Positions 45,591 to 59,710 of a DNA stretch of 64,000 bases are shown here, in pieces. The stretch lies in assembly GCF_058153355.1 (NCBI RefSeq), contig NZ_CM177019.1, one strand, 5' to 3'. A program made the translations under genes and the position numbers. Each line of letters opens with the position of its first letter. The first letter of the stretch is position 1. The notes under the pieces were generated by a model that saw only the letters and a list, made by a program, of their open reading frames with translations, had not been told where the DNA came from and searched no databases.

Positions 45591-46435
45591 TCTTTCTGCG
45601 AATTGAGATGACGCCACTGGCTGGGCGTCATCCCGGTTTCCCGGGTAAACACCACCGAAAAATAGTTACTATCTTCAAAGCCACATTCGGTTGAAATATC
45701 ACTGATTAACAGGCGGCTATGCTGGAGAAGATATTGCGCATGACACACTCTGACCTGCCGCAGATATTGATTGATGGTCATTCCAGTCTGCTGGCGAAAT
45801 TGCTGACGCAAAACGCGCTCACTGCACGATGCCTCATCACAAAATTCATCCAGCGCAAAGGGACTTTTCAGGCTGGCCGCCAGCCGGGTAATCAGCTTAT
45901 CCAGCAACGTTTCGCTGGATGTTGGCGGCAACGAATCACTGGTGTAACGATGGCGATTCAGCAACATCACCAACTGCCCGAACAGCAACTCTGCCATTTC
46001 GTTAGCAAACGGCACATGCTGACTACTTTCATGCTCAAGCTGACCGATAACCTGCCGCGCCTGTGCCATCCCCATGCTACCTAAGCGCCAGTGTGGTTGC
46101 CCTGCGCTGGCGCTAAATCCCGGAATCGCCCCCTGCCAGTCAAGATTCAGCTTCAGCCGCTCCGGGCAATAAATAATATTCTGCAAAACCAGATCGTTAA
46201 CGGAAGCGTAGGAGTGTTTATCGTCAGCATGAATGTAAAAGAGATCGCCACGGGTAATGCGATAAGGGCGATCGTTGAGTACATGCAGACCATTACCGCG
46301 CCAGACAATTACCAGCTCACAAAAATCATGTGTATGTTCAGCAAAGACATCTTGCGGATAACGGTCAGCCACAGCGACTGCCTGCTGGTCGCTGGCAAAA
46401 AAATCATCTTTGAGAAGTTTTAACTGATGCGCCAC
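45587..46435 (-). CDS. rhaR: AraC-family activator RhaR
   Basis: C-terminal AraC-type HTH. Start placed at the GTG giving a 282-aa product ([13 protein letters not shown]...); in-frame upstream ATGs (46525, 46546) would give longer forms, so the start is uncertain. Confidence 0.85.
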   Translation of the reverse strand: MAHQLKLLKDDFFASDQQAVAVADRYPQDVFAEHTHDFCELVIVWRGNGLHVLNDRPYRITRGDLFYIHADDKHSYASVNDLVLQNIIYCPERLKLNLDWQGAIPGFSASAGQPHWRLGSMGMAQARQVIGQLEHESSQHVPFANEMAELLFGQLVMLLNRHRYTSDSLPPTSSETLLDKLITRLAASLKSPFALDEFCDEASCSERVLRQQFRQQTGMTINQYLRQVRVCHAQYLLQHSRLLISDISTECGFEDSNYFSVVFTRETGMTPSQWRHLNSQKD

Positions 46436-46508
46436 CGTGGCTACCTCGGCCAGAGAACGAAGTTGATTATTCGCAATATGGCGTACAAATACGTTGAGAA
46501 GATTCGCG

Positions 46509-47345
46509 TTATTGCAGAAAGCCATCCCGTCCCTGGCGAATATCACGCGGTGACCAGTTAAACTCTCGGCGAAAAAGCGTCGAAAAGTGGTTACTGTCGC
46601 TAAATCCGCAGCGATAGGCGATGTCAGTAACGCTGGCCTCGCTGTGGCGTAGCAGATGTCGGGCTTTCATCAGTCGCAGGCGGTTCAGGTAACGCTGAGG
46701 CGTCAGTCCCGTTTTCTGCTTAAGCTGCCGATGTAGCGTACGCAGCGAAAGAGAAAATTGATCCGCCACGGCATCCCAATTTACCTCATCGGCAAAATGG
46801 TCCTCCAGCCAGGCCAGAAGCAAGTTGAGACGTGATGCGCTGTTTTCCAGGTTCTCCTGCAAACTGCTTTTACGCAGCAAGAGCAGTAATTGCATAAACA
46901 AGATCTCGCGACTGGCGGTCGAGGGTAAATCATTTTCCCCTTCCTGCTGTTCCATCTGTGCAACCAGCTGTCGCACCTGCTGCAACACGCTGTGGTTAAC
47001 GCGCCAGTGAGACGGATACTGCCCATCCTGCTCTTGTGGCAGCAACTGATTCAGCCCGGCGAGAAACTGAAATCGATCCGGCGAGCGATACAGCACATTG
47101 GTCAGACACAGATTATCGGTATGTTCATACAGATGCCGATCATGATCGCGTACGAAACAGACAGTCCCACCGGTGATGGTATAGGGCTGCCCATTAAACA
47201 CATGAATACCCGTGCCATGTTCGACAATCACAATTTCATGAAAATCATGATGATGTTCAGGAAAATCCGCCTGCGGGAGCCGGGGTTCTATCGCCACGGA
47301 CGCGTTACCAGACGGAAAAAAATCCACACTATGTAATACGGTCAT
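46509..47345 (-). CDS. rhaS: AraC-family activator RhaS
   Basis: 278-aa [53 protein letters not shown]. Confidence 0.95.
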   Translation of the reverse strand: MTVLHSVDFFPSGNASVAIEPRLPQADFPEHHHDFHEIVIVEHGTGIHVFNGQPYTITGGTVCFVRDHDRHLYEHTDNLCLTNVLYRSPDRFQFLAGLNQLLPQEQDGQYPSHWRVNHSVLQQVRQLVAQMEQQEGENDLPSTASREILFMQLLLLLRKSSLQENLENSASRLNLLLAWLEDHFADEVNWDAVADQFSLSLRTLHRQLKQKTGLTPQRYLNRLRLMKARHLLRHSEASVTDIAYRCGFSDSNHFSTLFRREFNWSPRDIRQGRDGFLQ

Positions 47346-47508
47346 ACTGGCCTCCTGATGTCGTCAACACGGCGAAATAGTAATCACGAGGTCAGGTTCT
47401 TACCTTAAATTTTCGACGGAAAACCACGTAAAAAACGTCTATTTTTCAAGATACAGCGTGAATTTTCAGGAAATGCGGTGAGCATCACATCACCACAATT
47501 CAGCAAAT

Positions 47509-50358
<2,850 letters not shown>

Positions 50359-50362
50359 ACAC

Positions 50363-50397
50363 TGCCGGATGCGGCGCGAGCGCCTTATCCGGCCTAC
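50363..50397. repeat. REP palindromic unit, rhaA-rhaD intergenic
   Basis: TGCCGGATGCGGCGCGAGCGCCTTATCCGGCCTAC. Confidence 0.8.
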
Positions 50398-50440
50398 GGG
50401 TCGTGCATCCGACAACACCGAATTTACAGGAACACAGAAC

Positions 50441-51265
50441 ATGCAAAACATTACCCAGTCCTGGTTTGTCCAGGGAATGATCAAAGCCACCACCGACGCC
50501 TGGCTGAAAGGCTGGGACGAGCGCAATGGTGGTAACCTGACGCTGCGCCTGGATGACGCCGATATCGCACCGTATCACGACAACTTTCATGCACAACCGC
50601 GCTATATCCCGCTCAGCCAGCCCATGCCTTTACTGGCAAATACACCGTTTATTGTCACCGGCTCCGGCAAATTCTTTCGTAACGTCCAGCTTGATCCTGC
50701 GGCTAACTTAGGCGTCGTAAAAGTCGACAGCGACGGCGCGGGCTACCACATTCTCTGGGGGCTAACTCACGAAGCCGTTCCAACCTCTGAACTTCCGGCT
50801 CACTTCCTTTCCCACTGTGAGCGCATTAAAGCCACCAACGGTAAAGATCGGGTGATCATGCACTGCCACGCCACCAACCTGATCGCCCTTACCTACGTAC
50901 TGGAAAACGACACCGCGCTCTTCACTCGCCAGCTTTGGGAAGGCAGCACCGAGTGTCTGGTAGTGTTCCCGGATGGCGTCGGCATTTTGCCGTGGATGGT
51001 GCCCGGCACGGACGAAATCGGCCAGGCGACCGCACAGGAAATGCAAAAACATTCGCTGGTGTTGTGGCCCTTCCACGGCGTCTTCGGCAGCGGTCCGACA
51101 CTGGATGAAACATTCGGTTTAATCGACACCGCAGAAAAATCAGCACAAGTATTAGTGAAGGTTTATTCGATGGGCGGCATGAAACAGACCATCAGTCGTG
51201 AAGAGCTGATAGCACTCGGCCAGCGTTTCGGCGTTACACCACTAGCCAGTGCGCTGGCGCTGTAA
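50441..51265 (+). CDS. rhaD: rhamnulose-1-phosphate aldolase
   Basis: Native start [37 protein letters not shown], 274 aa; ORF-track start 50351 is extended upstream across the REP. Confidence 0.96.
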   Translation: MQNITQSWFVQGMIKATTDAWLKGWDERNGGNLTLRLDDADIAPYHDNFHAQPRYIPLSQPMPLLANTPFIVTGSGKFFRNVQLDPAANLGVVKVDSDGAGYHILWGLTHEAVPTSELPAHFLSHCERIKATNGKDRVIMHCHATNLIALTYVLENDTALFTRQLWEGSTECLVVFPDGVGILPWMVPGTDEIGQATAQEMQKHSLVLWPFHGVFGSGPTLDETFGLIDTAEKSAQVLVKVYSMGGMKQTISREELIALGQRFGVTPLASALAL

Positions 51266-51274
51266 GGAGCAAAC

Positions 51275-51589
51275 ATGATCCGCAAAGCCTTTGTCATGCA
51301 GGTTAACCCCGACGCCCACGAAGAGTATCAGCGTCGGCATAATCCAATCTGGCCGGAACTGGAAGCAGTGTTGAAATCTCACGGTGCGCATAACTACGCC
51401 ATTTACCTCGACAAAGCGCGTAATCTGCTGTTTGCCACGGTAGAGATTGAATCTGAAGAACGGTGGAATGTGGTAGCCAGTACTGATGTTTGCCAACGTT
51501 GGTGGAAGTATATGACCGACGTTATGCCAGCTAACCCGGACAACAGCCCAGTCAGTAGCGAGCTGCAAGAAGTGTTTTACCTGCCTTAA
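51275..51589 (+). CDS. rhaM: L-rhamnose mutarotase
   Basis: 104-aa [49 protein letters not shown]. Confidence 0.95.
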   Translation: MIRKAFVMQVNPDAHEEYQRRHNPIWPELEAVLKSHGAHNYAIYLDKARNLLFATVEIESEERWNVVASTDVCQRWWKYMTDVMPANPDNSPVSSELQEVFYLP

Positions 51590-51593
51590 TGAG

Positions 51594-51624
51594 TTGCGGT
51601 GCCGGAAAATATCCAGCACCGCGC
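51594..51624. terminator. putative bidirectional terminator hairpin between rhaM and the porin gene
   Basis: GCGGTGC...GCACCGC inverted repeat with a 13-nt loop between convergent genes. Confidence 0.4.
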
Positions 51625-51629
51625 CTTCA

Positions 51630-53024
51630 TCAGAAGAAGTATTTAAAGCGAACGCGTGCGCCGTAACGGTCATCAGTATCATCACCGTGTTTTTTATCAC
51701 CGTCGCTATCCAGAATGGAGTAATAAGTACCAAGGTAAATATTAAAGTTCTCCATATCCATCACATTAGCGAACTGATAAGACGCATGAATGGTGTGAAT
51801 GGTGTACGTCCCTTCATCATCAATCCAGCAGTCGTTATCACAAACTACACCGCTGAATTCATCAATCTTATTGTGCGCGTAGATATAACCCAGCTCGAAA
51901 CGTTTCCACAGCGCGTTAATCCCGGCAGTGAAATCTTTTTCATTATTAGCATCTAAATAGGCGGTATTAAGATTAACCACGACGCCATTTTCCGGATCCG
52001 TTTTCAGGCCATTCCAGGTCATGCTCATACCATAGCCGGTACGATCGGACTGATCGACAAAATTACCCTTGCTATCGGTATAACCATAAGCATTATTTAC
52101 TACGTTCGCTTCCATCGCTGCGGAAACGGTGAATTCTTCCGTCGGCGACCAGGCAATTACCGGACGCAGATAAGCAACATTTTTCTGCTGCTTCATATCG
52201 CGTCCATGATAATTACCGTCATTATATAAAGATGTTCCGTCTTCAAGTAACGTGTTTAATTCAAAATACCAGTTATCGAGTTGTTTGCTGACGAGGAAAT
52301 TACCGCCAGCGTTAGAGCGCCCGCGGCCCTCTTTCATCATATAGATATAACCGCTGCCATCGTCATAAAGATCGTTCGCAGTATTACCGGAATGTTCAAC
52401 AAAGGTATCCTGATTCAGCGGGAACATATCGTAGGCTTCAAAACGGCCTACTTTGACCTTCCAGTCGTTTTCTTTGCCAAAGAAGAATACCGCATCATCG
52501 ATATTTACTGAACCGTGCATATCCCCCAGCGGTTGTGCGGAGAACCCGGCGAAATAACCATTATCCAGTTTTCGCATACCATCAAAACCTAACAGAATAC
52601 GACCATTGAGATTCCACTGTTCATTAGTGGGATCGCTATTCACATCAGCGTTGGTCATTGCCAGCAGGCCATGATTACTTTCCGCATCCATATTAAATTC
52701 TACGTCGCCGTAGATTTTTAAATCGCCATAACCTGAAAGCAAAAGATTAGGTGAGGTGGCATTTTTCTTTGCAGATTCCGCCGTTGTCTGTCCATTTACC
52801 GGCGTATTGCCCTGGGCAGCCTTAATTTCGCGGATCTCAGCGGCTTGTTGTGTCTGCAGCTGTTTTACCTGCCCCTCTGCTTTTGCTGCCCGCATTTCTG
52901 CCGCTTCCAGGCGTTCTTCCAGCAATGCCATGCGTTGTTCCAGCGTTAAATGCTGTGTTTTTGCCATTCCGGTACTACATGCCAATAATAAACCGATGGC
53001 TAAAGATAATGTCGATTTTTTCAT
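51630..53024 (-). CDS. putative outer-membrane carbohydrate-selective porin (OprB/ScrY-like: N-terminal coiled coil plus beta-barrel)
   Basis: 464-aa ORF with signal peptide MKKSTLSLAIGLLLACSTGMA, about 50 aa of coiled coil (LEQRMALLEERLEAAEMRAAKAEGQVKQLQ), an aromatic/Gly-rich alternating region and C-terminal ...RFKYFF typical of OM beta-barrels. Family assignment is inferred. Confidence 0.6.
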   Translation of the reverse strand: MKKSTLSLAIGLLLACSTGMAKTQHLTLEQRMALLEERLEAAEMRAAKAEGQVKQLQTQQAAEIREIKAAQGNTPVNGQTTAESAKKNATSPNLLLSGYGDLKIYGDVEFNMDAESNHGLLAMTNADVNSDPTNEQWNLNGRILLGFDGMRKLDNGYFAGFSAQPLGDMHGSVNIDDAVFFFGKENDWKVKVGRFEAYDMFPLNQDTFVEHSGNTANDLYDDGSGYIYMMKEGRGRSNAGGNFLVSKQLDNWYFELNTLLEDGTSLYNDGNYHGRDMKQQKNVAYLRPVIAWSPTEEFTVSAAMEANVVNNAYGYTDSKGNFVDQSDRTGYGMSMTWNGLKTDPENGVVVNLNTAYLDANNEKDFTAGINALWKRFELGYIYAHNKIDEFSGVVCDNDCWIDDEGTYTIHTIHASYQFANVMDMENFNIYLGTYYSILDSDGDKKHGDDTDDRYGARVRFKYFF

Positions 53025-53500
53025 TATTTACGTTCCCTGAAATAAAAGATACCCTACGCTTTCCAAAAGGAATACGTATATAGAGAAATATAAGGTGTGC
53101 ACTTTCGAATTTTTAATCCAACTTCAGCAGGCCGATGGATAGTATCCCGCTGCATAATATGAGTAAATCCGCTGATTTCCTGGAACGTGAGGAATATAAC
53201 AATAGTGCCGTTTTTAACTAAATATCGTAAAAAATATTAGATATAATTCACGCTGACTCATAAGCCACAAATATAAATAACCTTGCTGCAAAATATGTGC
53301 GGCAGTTAAACATTCACAACATCATTAAATAATGATTTTTTATTCACTGCATTTATTTTTCCCATCAATATGTGCCTTACACCGCAAAATTTATCCTTCA
53401 CTCTGCCTTATATTGTCACGACTTCACGACATATCCGCGCTCATCACAAAACCGCCCCGCCGTTACAATTAACTATAATATTTTTTCATGGAGTCCAATA

Positions 53501-53947
53501 ATGGCAGCACTTACTGCAAGCTGTATTGACCTGAATATTCAGGGCAATGGCACTTATTCCGTTCTGAAGCAGTTAGCGACAATGGCGTTACAAAACGGTT
53601 TTATCACCGACTCACATCAATTCCTGCAAACCCTGCTGGTGCGCGAAAAAATGCACTCCACCGGTTTTGGTTCTGGTGTCGCCGTGCCGCACGGTAAAAG
53701 CGCCTGTGTTAAACAACCGTTCGTATTATTCGCTCGCAAAGCGCAGGCCATTGACTGGAAAGCCAGCGATGGCGAAGACGTCAATTGCTGGATCTGCCTC
53801 GGCGTGCCGCAAAGTGGCGAAGAGGATCAGGTCAAAATCATCGGCACACTGTGTCGCAAAATTATCCACCAGGATTTTATCAACCAACTGCGACAAGGCG
53901 ACGCCGTCCAGGTGCTTGCTTTGTTAAATCAAACCCTCAGCTCATAA
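53501..53947 (+). CDS. frvA: PTS fructose-like EIIA component
   Basis: Native start MAALTASCIDLNIQGNGTYSVLKQ, 148 aa; ORF-track start 53372 is extended upstream. Confidence 0.92.
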   Translation: MAALTASCIDLNIQGNGTYSVLKQLATMALQNGFITDSHQFLQTLLVREKMHSTGFGSGVAVPHGKSACVKQPFVLFARKAQAIDWKASDGEDVNCWICLGVPQSGEEDQVKIIGTLCRKIIHQDFINQLRQGDAVQVLALLNQTLSS

Positions 53948-53957
53948 GGAAGTGGCG

Positions 53958-55409
53958 ATGGAGTCATCCTTACGTATTGTCGCGATCACCAACTGCCCCG
54001 CCGGGATCGCTCACACCTACATGGTGGCGGAAGCCCTGGAACAGAAAGCCCGTTCTCTCGGTCATACCATTAAAGTTGAAACTCAAGGATCAAGCGGCGT
54101 CGAAAACCGCTTATCCAGCGAAGAGATTGCCGCTGCCGATTACGTGATTCTCGCTACCGGGCGTGGCCTGAGCGGTGATGATCGCGCGCGATTTGCCGGG
54201 AAAAAGGTTTATGAGATTGCCATCTCCCAGGCGCTGAAAAATATCGACCAGATTTTCAGTGAATTACCGACAAACTCACAACTTTTTGCCGCAGATAGCG
54301 GCGTGAAGCTCGGCAAACAGGAAGTGCAAAGTGGCAGCGTAATGAGCCATCTGATGGCGGGCGTCTCTGCGGCGCTGCCGTTTGTCATCGGTGGCGGTAT
54401 CCTGGTGGCGCTTGCCAACATGCTGGTGCAGTTCGGTTTGCCGTATACCGATATGTCGAAAGGTGCGCCGTCGTTTACCTGGGTGGTTGAATCCATCGGT
54501 TATCTCGGTTTCACCTTTATGATCCCCATCATGGGCGCTTATATTGCCTCGTCGATTGCCGATAAACCCGCTTTCGCTCCGGCGTTTCTGGTTTGTTATC
54601 TGGCGAACGACAAAGCCCTGCTCGGCACCCAGTCTGGCGCGGGCTTCCTCGGTGCGGTGGTGCTTGGGCTGGCGATTGGCTATTTCGTCTTCTGGTTCCG
54701 TAAAGTGCGCCTTGGCAAAGCATTACAACCGCTGCTCGGTTCCATGCTGATCCCGTTCGTTACTCTGCTGGTTTTTGGCGTACTGACTTACTACGTTATC
54801 CGACCGGTGATGTCCGACCTCATGGGCGGGTTGCTGCACTTCCTGAACACCATTCCTCCGTCAATGAAGTTTGCGGCGGCGTTTCTGGTTGGTGCGATGC
54901 TGGCATTCGATATGGGCGGCCCCATCAACAAAACCGCCTGGTTCTTCTGCTTCTCTCTGCTGGAAAAACACATTTACGACTGGTACGCCATCGTCGGCGT
55001 TGTCGCGCTAATGCCGCCTGTCGCGGCGGGTCTTGCGACGTTCATTGCGCCCAAACTGTTTACTCAACAGGAAAAAGAAGCCGCCAGTAGCGCCATAGTG
55101 GTCGGTGCCACAGTCGCAACCGAACCGGCTATTCCTTACGCTCTGGCAGCCCCGTTGCCGATGATTACCGCCAATACGCTGGCGGGCGGTATTACCGGCG
55201 TGCTGGTGATCGCTTTCGGAATCAAACGTCTGGCACCTGGTTTGGGTATCTTTGACCCGCTGATCGGCCTGATGTCGCCGGTAGGTTCGTTTTATCTGGT
55301 GCTGGCGATTGGCCTCGCGCTGAACATTTCATTCATTATCGTCCTGAAAGGATTATGGTTACGCCGCAAAGCCAAAGCTGCGCAACAGGAGCTTGTCCAT
55401 GAACATTGA
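53958..55409 (+). CDS. frvB: PTS fructose-like EIIBC component
   Basis: MESSLRIVAITNCPAGIAHTYM (EIIB Cys) followed by a polytopic EIIC domain, 483 aa; ATG 53958 is 8 nt after AAGGA. Confidence 0.93.
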   Translation: MESSLRIVAITNCPAGIAHTYMVAEALEQKARSLGHTIKVETQGSSGVENRLSSEEIAAADYVILATGRGLSGDDRARFAGKKVYEIAISQALKNIDQIFSELPTNSQLFAADSGVKLGKQEVQSGSVMSHLMAGVSAALPFVIGGGILVALANMLVQFGLPYTDMSKGAPSFTWVVESIGYLGFTFMIPIMGAYIASSIADKPAFAPAFLVCYLANDKALLGTQSGAGFLGAVVLGLAIGYFVFWFRKVRLGKALQPLLGSMLIPFVTLLVFGVLTYYVIRPVMSDLMGGLLHFLNTIPPSMKFAAAFLVGAMLAFDMGGPINKTAWFFCFSLLEKHIYDWYAIVGVVALMPPVAAGLATFIAPKLFTQQEKEAASSAIVVGATVATEPAIPYALAAPLPMITANTLAGGITGVLVIAFGIKRLAPGLGIFDPLIGLMSPVGSFYLVLAIGLALNISFIIVLKGLWLRRKAKAAQQELVHEH

Positions 55410-56469
55410 GTTACTGCAACAGTTGTGCGAAGCCAGCGCCGTCAGCGGCGATGAACAGGAAGTTCGCGACATTCTGATGAACACGCTGGAACCCTGCGTG
55501 AATGAGATCACCTTCGATGGTCTGGGCAGCTTTGTTGCCCGTAAGGGGAATAAAGGGCCGAAAGTTGCCGTTGTCGGGCATATGGATGAAGTCGGCTTTA
55601 TGGTCACCCACATCGACGAGAGCGGTTTTCTGCGTTTTACCACCATTGGCGGCTGGTGGAATCAGTCGATGCTCAACCACCGGGTAACCATACGCACACA
55701 CAAGGGAGTGAAAATCCCTGGTGTAATTGGCTCCGTCGCGCCACATGCGTTAACCGAAAAGCAAAAGCAACAACCGCTGTCATTTGATGAGATGTTCATT
55801 GATATTGGCGCGAACAGTCGCGAAGAAGCGGAAAAACGTGGCGTGGAAATTGGCGATTTTATTAGCCCGGAAGCCAATTTTGCCTGCTGGGGCGAAGATA
55901 AAGTGGTCGGCAAGGCGTTGGATAACCGCATCGGCTGCGCAATGATGGCTGAACTATTGCAGACGGTGAATAACCCCGAAATTACGCTTTATGGCGTTGG
56001 CAGTGTGGAAGAAGAAGTTGGGCTACGCGGGGCACAAACCTCGGCTGAACACATTAAACCGGATGTGGTGATCGTGCTGGATACCGCCGTCGCGGGCGAT
56101 GTTCCGGGCATTGATAACATTAAATACCCGCTGAAACTGAGCAACGGGCCGGGGCTGATGTTGTTTGACAAGCGCTACTTCCCCAACCAGAAACTGGTAG
56201 CAGCGTTAAAAAACTGTGCCGTACATAACGATTTACCACTGCAATTTTGCACCATGAAAACCGGAGCGACGGATGGCGGGCGCTACAACGTGATGGGCGG
56301 CGGGCGTCCGGTTGTCGCGCTGTGCCTGCCAACGCGTTATCTGCACGCTAACAGCGGCATGATTTCAAAAGCCGATTACGATGCTCTGCTCACGTTGATA
56401 AGGGATTTTCTGACCACCTTAACCGCGGAGAAAGTCAACGCGTTTAGCCAGTTCCGTCAGGTGGATTAA
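55399..56469 (+). CDS. frvX: M42-family aminopeptidase/endoglucanase-like protein FrvX
   Basis: MNIELLQQLCEASAVSGDEQEVRDIL, 356 aa; overlaps the frvB 3' end. Confidence 0.92.
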   Translation: MNIELLQQLCEASAVSGDEQEVRDILMNTLEPCVNEITFDGLGSFVARKGNKGPKVAVVGHMDEVGFMVTHIDESGFLRFTTIGGWWNQSMLNHRVTIRTHKGVKIPGVIGSVAPHALTEKQKQQPLSFDEMFIDIGANSREEAEKRGVEIGDFISPEANFACWGEDKVVGKALDNRIGCAMMAELLQTVNNPEITLYGVGSVEEEVGLRGAQTSAEHIKPDVVIVLDTAVAGDVPGIDNIKYPLKLSNGPGLMLFDKRYFPNQKLVAALKNCAVHNDLPLQFCTMKTGATDGGRYNVMGGGRPVVALCLPTRYLHANSGMISKADYDALLTLIRDFLTTLTAEKVNAFSQFRQVD

Positions 56470-57794
56470 TGCTAAACGAACGCCAGTTAAAGATTGTCGA
56501 TCTGCTGGAGCAACAGCCACGCACGCCTGGCGAGCTGGCGCAACAGACTGGCGTTTCTGGCAGGACCATCCTGCGTGATATTGACTATCTCAACTTTACC
56601 CTTAACGGCAAAGCCCGCATTTCCGCCAGTGGCAACGCGGGCTATCAGCTGGAAATCTTCGAGCGCCGCAGCTTTTTTCAGTTGCTGCAAAAGCACGATA
56701 ACGACGATCGGCTGCTGGCGCTGTTATTACTGAATACCTTCACTCCCCGTGCGCAACTCGCCTCGGCGCTTAATTTGCCAGAAACGTGGGTCGCAGAGCG
56801 TCTGCCCCGCCTGAAACAGCGCTATGAACGCGGTTTTTGTCTCGCTAGTCGCCCTGGTTTGGGCCATTTCATTGATGAGACAGAAGAGAAACGCATTATT
56901 TTGCTGGCGAATCTTTTACGCAAAGATCCGTTTTTAATTCCGCTGTCGGGAGTAACACGAGACAATTTTCAACAATTAACCACCGCCTGCGAAAAGCAAC
57001 GTCGCTGGCCGCTGATGCAAGGCGACTATCTCTCAAGCCTGATTCTGGCTATTTACGCGTTGCGTAATCAGCTTACTGACACATGGCCTGAATATCCCGG
57101 TAGCGAGATAAAACAGATTGTTGAATATAGCGGCCTGTTTCTTGGTGATAACGCTGTAAGAACGCTGACGGGGTTGATAGAAAAACAGTATCAGCAAGCA
57201 CAGGTAATTTCTGCCGATCATGTGCTGGCATTGCTGCAAAGGGTGCCGGGCATTGCGTCATTGAATATTATTGATACGCAGCTGGTTGAGAATATTACCG
57301 GGCATTTATTACGTTGCCTTGCCGCGCCGGTGTGGATTGGTGAGCACCGCCAAAGCAGCATGAATAACCTGAAAGCCGCCTGGCCTGCGGCCTTTGATAT
57401 GAGTCTGCACTTTATTACGCTACTGCGTGAACAGCTCGATATTCCCCTTTTCGACAGCGATCTGATTGGTTTGTATTTTGCCTGTGCGCTGGAACGGCAT
57501 CAAAACGAACGCCAGCCGATCATTTTGCTCTCTGATCAGAACGCGATTGCCACTATTAATCAGCTCGCCATTGAGCGCGATGTCCTGAATTGTCGGGTGA
57601 TTATTGCCCGCAGCGTAAGCGAACTGGTTGCCATTCGCGAAGAGATTGAGCCGTTATTGATCATTAATAACAGCCATTATTTACTGGATGACGCGGTCAA
57701 TAATTGCATCATCGTAAAAAATATCATTACGGCTGCCGGTATCGAACAAATAAAACATTTTCTGGCGACGGCATTTATTCGCCAGCAACCGGAG

Positions 57795-59220
57795 TAATGC
57801 CGATCAGTTAAGGATCAGTTGACCGATCCAGTGGCTGTGTAAGAATCCGGAAACGCTCACTTGTTTCCGGATTTTTTTATGCACATTGGACAGGCTCTTG
57901 ATCTGGTATCCCGTTACGATTCTCTGCGTAACCCACTGACTTCTCTGGGGGATTACCTCGACCCCGAACTCATCTCTCGTTGCCTTGCCGAATCAGGTAC
58001 TGTAACGCTACGCAAGCGCCGTCTTCCCCTCGAAATGATGGTCTGGTGTATTGTTGGCATGGCGCTTGAGCGTAAAGAACCTCTTCACCAGATTGTGAAT
58101 CGCCTGGACATCATGCTGCCGGGCAATCGCCCCTTCGTTGCCCCCAGTGCCGTTATTCAGGCCCGCCAGCGCCTGGGAAGTGAGGCTGTCCGCCGCGTGT
58201 TCACGAAAACAGCGCAGCTCTGGCATAACGCCACGCCGCATCCGCACTGGTGCGGCCTGACCCTGCTGGCCATCGATGGTGTGTTCTGGCGCACACCGGA
58301 TACACCAGAGAACGATGCAGCCTTCCCCCGCCAGACACATGCCGGGAACCCGGCGCTCTACCCGCAGGTCAAAATGGTCTGCCAGATGGAACTGACCAGC
58401 CATCTGCTGACGGCTGCAGCCTTCGGCACGATGAAGAACAGCGAAAATGAGCTTGCTGAGCAACTTATAGAACAAACCGGCGATAACACTCTGACGTTAA
58501 TGGATAAAGGTTATTACTCACTGGGACTGTTAAATGCCTGGAGCCTGGCGGGAGAACACCGCCACTGGATGATACCTCTCAGAAAGGGAGCGCAATATGA
58601 AGAGATCAGAAAACTGGGTAAAGGCGATCATCTGGTGAAGCTGAAAACCAGCCCGCAGGCACGAAAAAAGTGGCCGGGACTGGGAAATGAAGTGACAGCC
58701 CGCCTGCTGACCGTGACGCGCAAAGGAAAAGTCTGCCATCTGCTGACGTCGATGACGGACGCCATGCGCTTCCCCGGAGGAGAAATGGCGGATCTGTACA
58801 GTCATCGCTGGGAAATCGAACTGGGATACAGGGAGATAAAACAGACGATGCAACTGAGCAGGCTGACGCTGAGAAGTAAAAAGCCGGAGCTTGTGGAGCA
58901 AGAGCTGTGGGGTGTCTTACTGGCTTATAATCTGGTGAGATATCAGATGATTAAAATGGCGGAACATCTGAAAGGTTACTGGCCGAATCAACTGAGTTTC
59001 TCAGAATCATGCGGAATGGTGATGAGAATGCTGATGACATTGCAGGGCGCTTCACCGGGACGTATACCGGAGCTGATGCGCGATCTTGCAAGTATGGGAC
59101 AACTTGTGAAATTACCGACAAGAAGGGAAAGGGCCTTCCCGAGAGTGGTAAAGGAGAGGCCCTGGAAATACCCCACAGCCCCGAAAAAGAGCCAGTCAGT
59201 TGCTTAACTGACTGGCATTA
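57795..59220 (+). mobile_element. IS4 insertion sequence (1426 bp) with 12-bp target site duplication
   Basis: Terminal inverted repeats TAATGCCGATCAGTTAAG (left) and CTTAACTGACTGGCATTA (right), 16/18 complementary. Element length is exactly 1426 bp. Direct repeats CAGCAACCGGAG at 57783-57794 and 59221-59232. Confidence 0.95.
57879..59207 (+). CDS. insG: IS4 transposase
   Basis: 442-aa product [34 protein letters not shown]... matching the IS4 transposase; ORF-track start 57861 is an upstream extension. Confidence 0.95.
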   Translation: MHIGQALDLVSRYDSLRNPLTSLGDYLDPELISRCLAESGTVTLRKRRLPLEMMVWCIVGMALERKEPLHQIVNRLDIMLPGNRPFVAPSAVIQARQRLGSEAVRRVFTKTAQLWHNATPHPHWCGLTLLAIDGVFWRTPDTPENDAAFPRQTHAGNPALYPQVKMVCQMELTSHLLTAAAFGTMKNSENELAEQLIEQTGDNTLTLMDKGYYSLGLLNAWSLAGEHRHWMIPLRKGAQYEEIRKLGKGDHLVKLKTSPQARKKWPGLGNEVTARLLTVTRKGKVCHLLTSMTDAMRFPGGEMADLYSHRWEIELGYREIKQTMQLSRLTLRSKKPELVEQELWGVLLAYNLVRYQMIKMAEHLKGYWPNQLSFSESCGMVMRMLMTLQGASPGRIPELMRDLASMGQLVKLPTRRERAFPRVVKERPWKYPTAPKKSQSVA

Positions 59221-59658
59221 CAGCAACCGGAGCGTTTTTTTTCTGCCCCCGGAAGTTTTCATTATTCGAATGTACGTGGTGAAAGCTGGCAACATATTAC
59301 CCGGCAAATATGTGCTCAATTAGTGACGCAACACCACATTACCGCCGATGAAGCACAACGGATCATCGCCCGCGAAAGCGAAGGCGAAAACCTGATTGTT
59401 AATCGTCTCGCCATCCCACATTGCTGGAGCGAACAGGAACGACGTTTTCGTGGATTTTTTATTACCCTCGCCCAACCGGTTGAGGTGAATAACGAAGTAG
59501 TTAACCATGTGCTGATCGCCTGTGCCGCCGCCGATGCGCGTCATGAGCTAAAAATATTTAGCTATCTTGCCAGCGTATTGTGTCAGCATCCGGCAGAGGT
59601 TATTGCCGGGTTAACAGGATATGAGGCATTTATGGAGTTACTTCACAAGGGGTGAACT

Positions 59659-59683
59659 GTGTCGGATGCGCCGCATCCGACAC
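59659..59683. terminator. palindromic hairpin between frvR and yiiG (probable bidirectional terminator)
   Basis: GTGTCGGATGCG-C-CGCATCCGACAC near-perfect palindrome directly after the frvR stop. Confidence 0.6.
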
Positions 59684-59710
59684 TGCATTTATCACCAAAA
59701 TCAAAAACAT

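Larger units (their letters stand above)
56469..59655 (+). pseudogene. frvR: frvR interrupted by IS4 (N-terminal 442 codons 56469-57797; C-terminal about 140 codons resume in frame at 59233-59655)
   Basis: N-terminal reading frame ends at a TAA formed by the first bases of the IS4 left end. Downstream of the 12-bp duplicated target the same protein continues (RFFSAPGS...HHITADEAQRIIARESEGENLIVNRLAIPH...). Fragments sum to about 582 codons, the length of intact FrvR. Confidence 0.9.

Noticed and set aside
45587-46546. Longer RhaR isoforms (319 or 312 aa) starting at upstream ATGs that overlap the rhaS 3' end
   Set aside because: The 282-aa form starting at the GTG (VAHQLKLL...) matches the length I recall for RhaR and avoids overlap with rhaS. 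The longer forms cannot be excluded from sequence alone, so the start is flagged as uncertain rather than reported as a separate feature.
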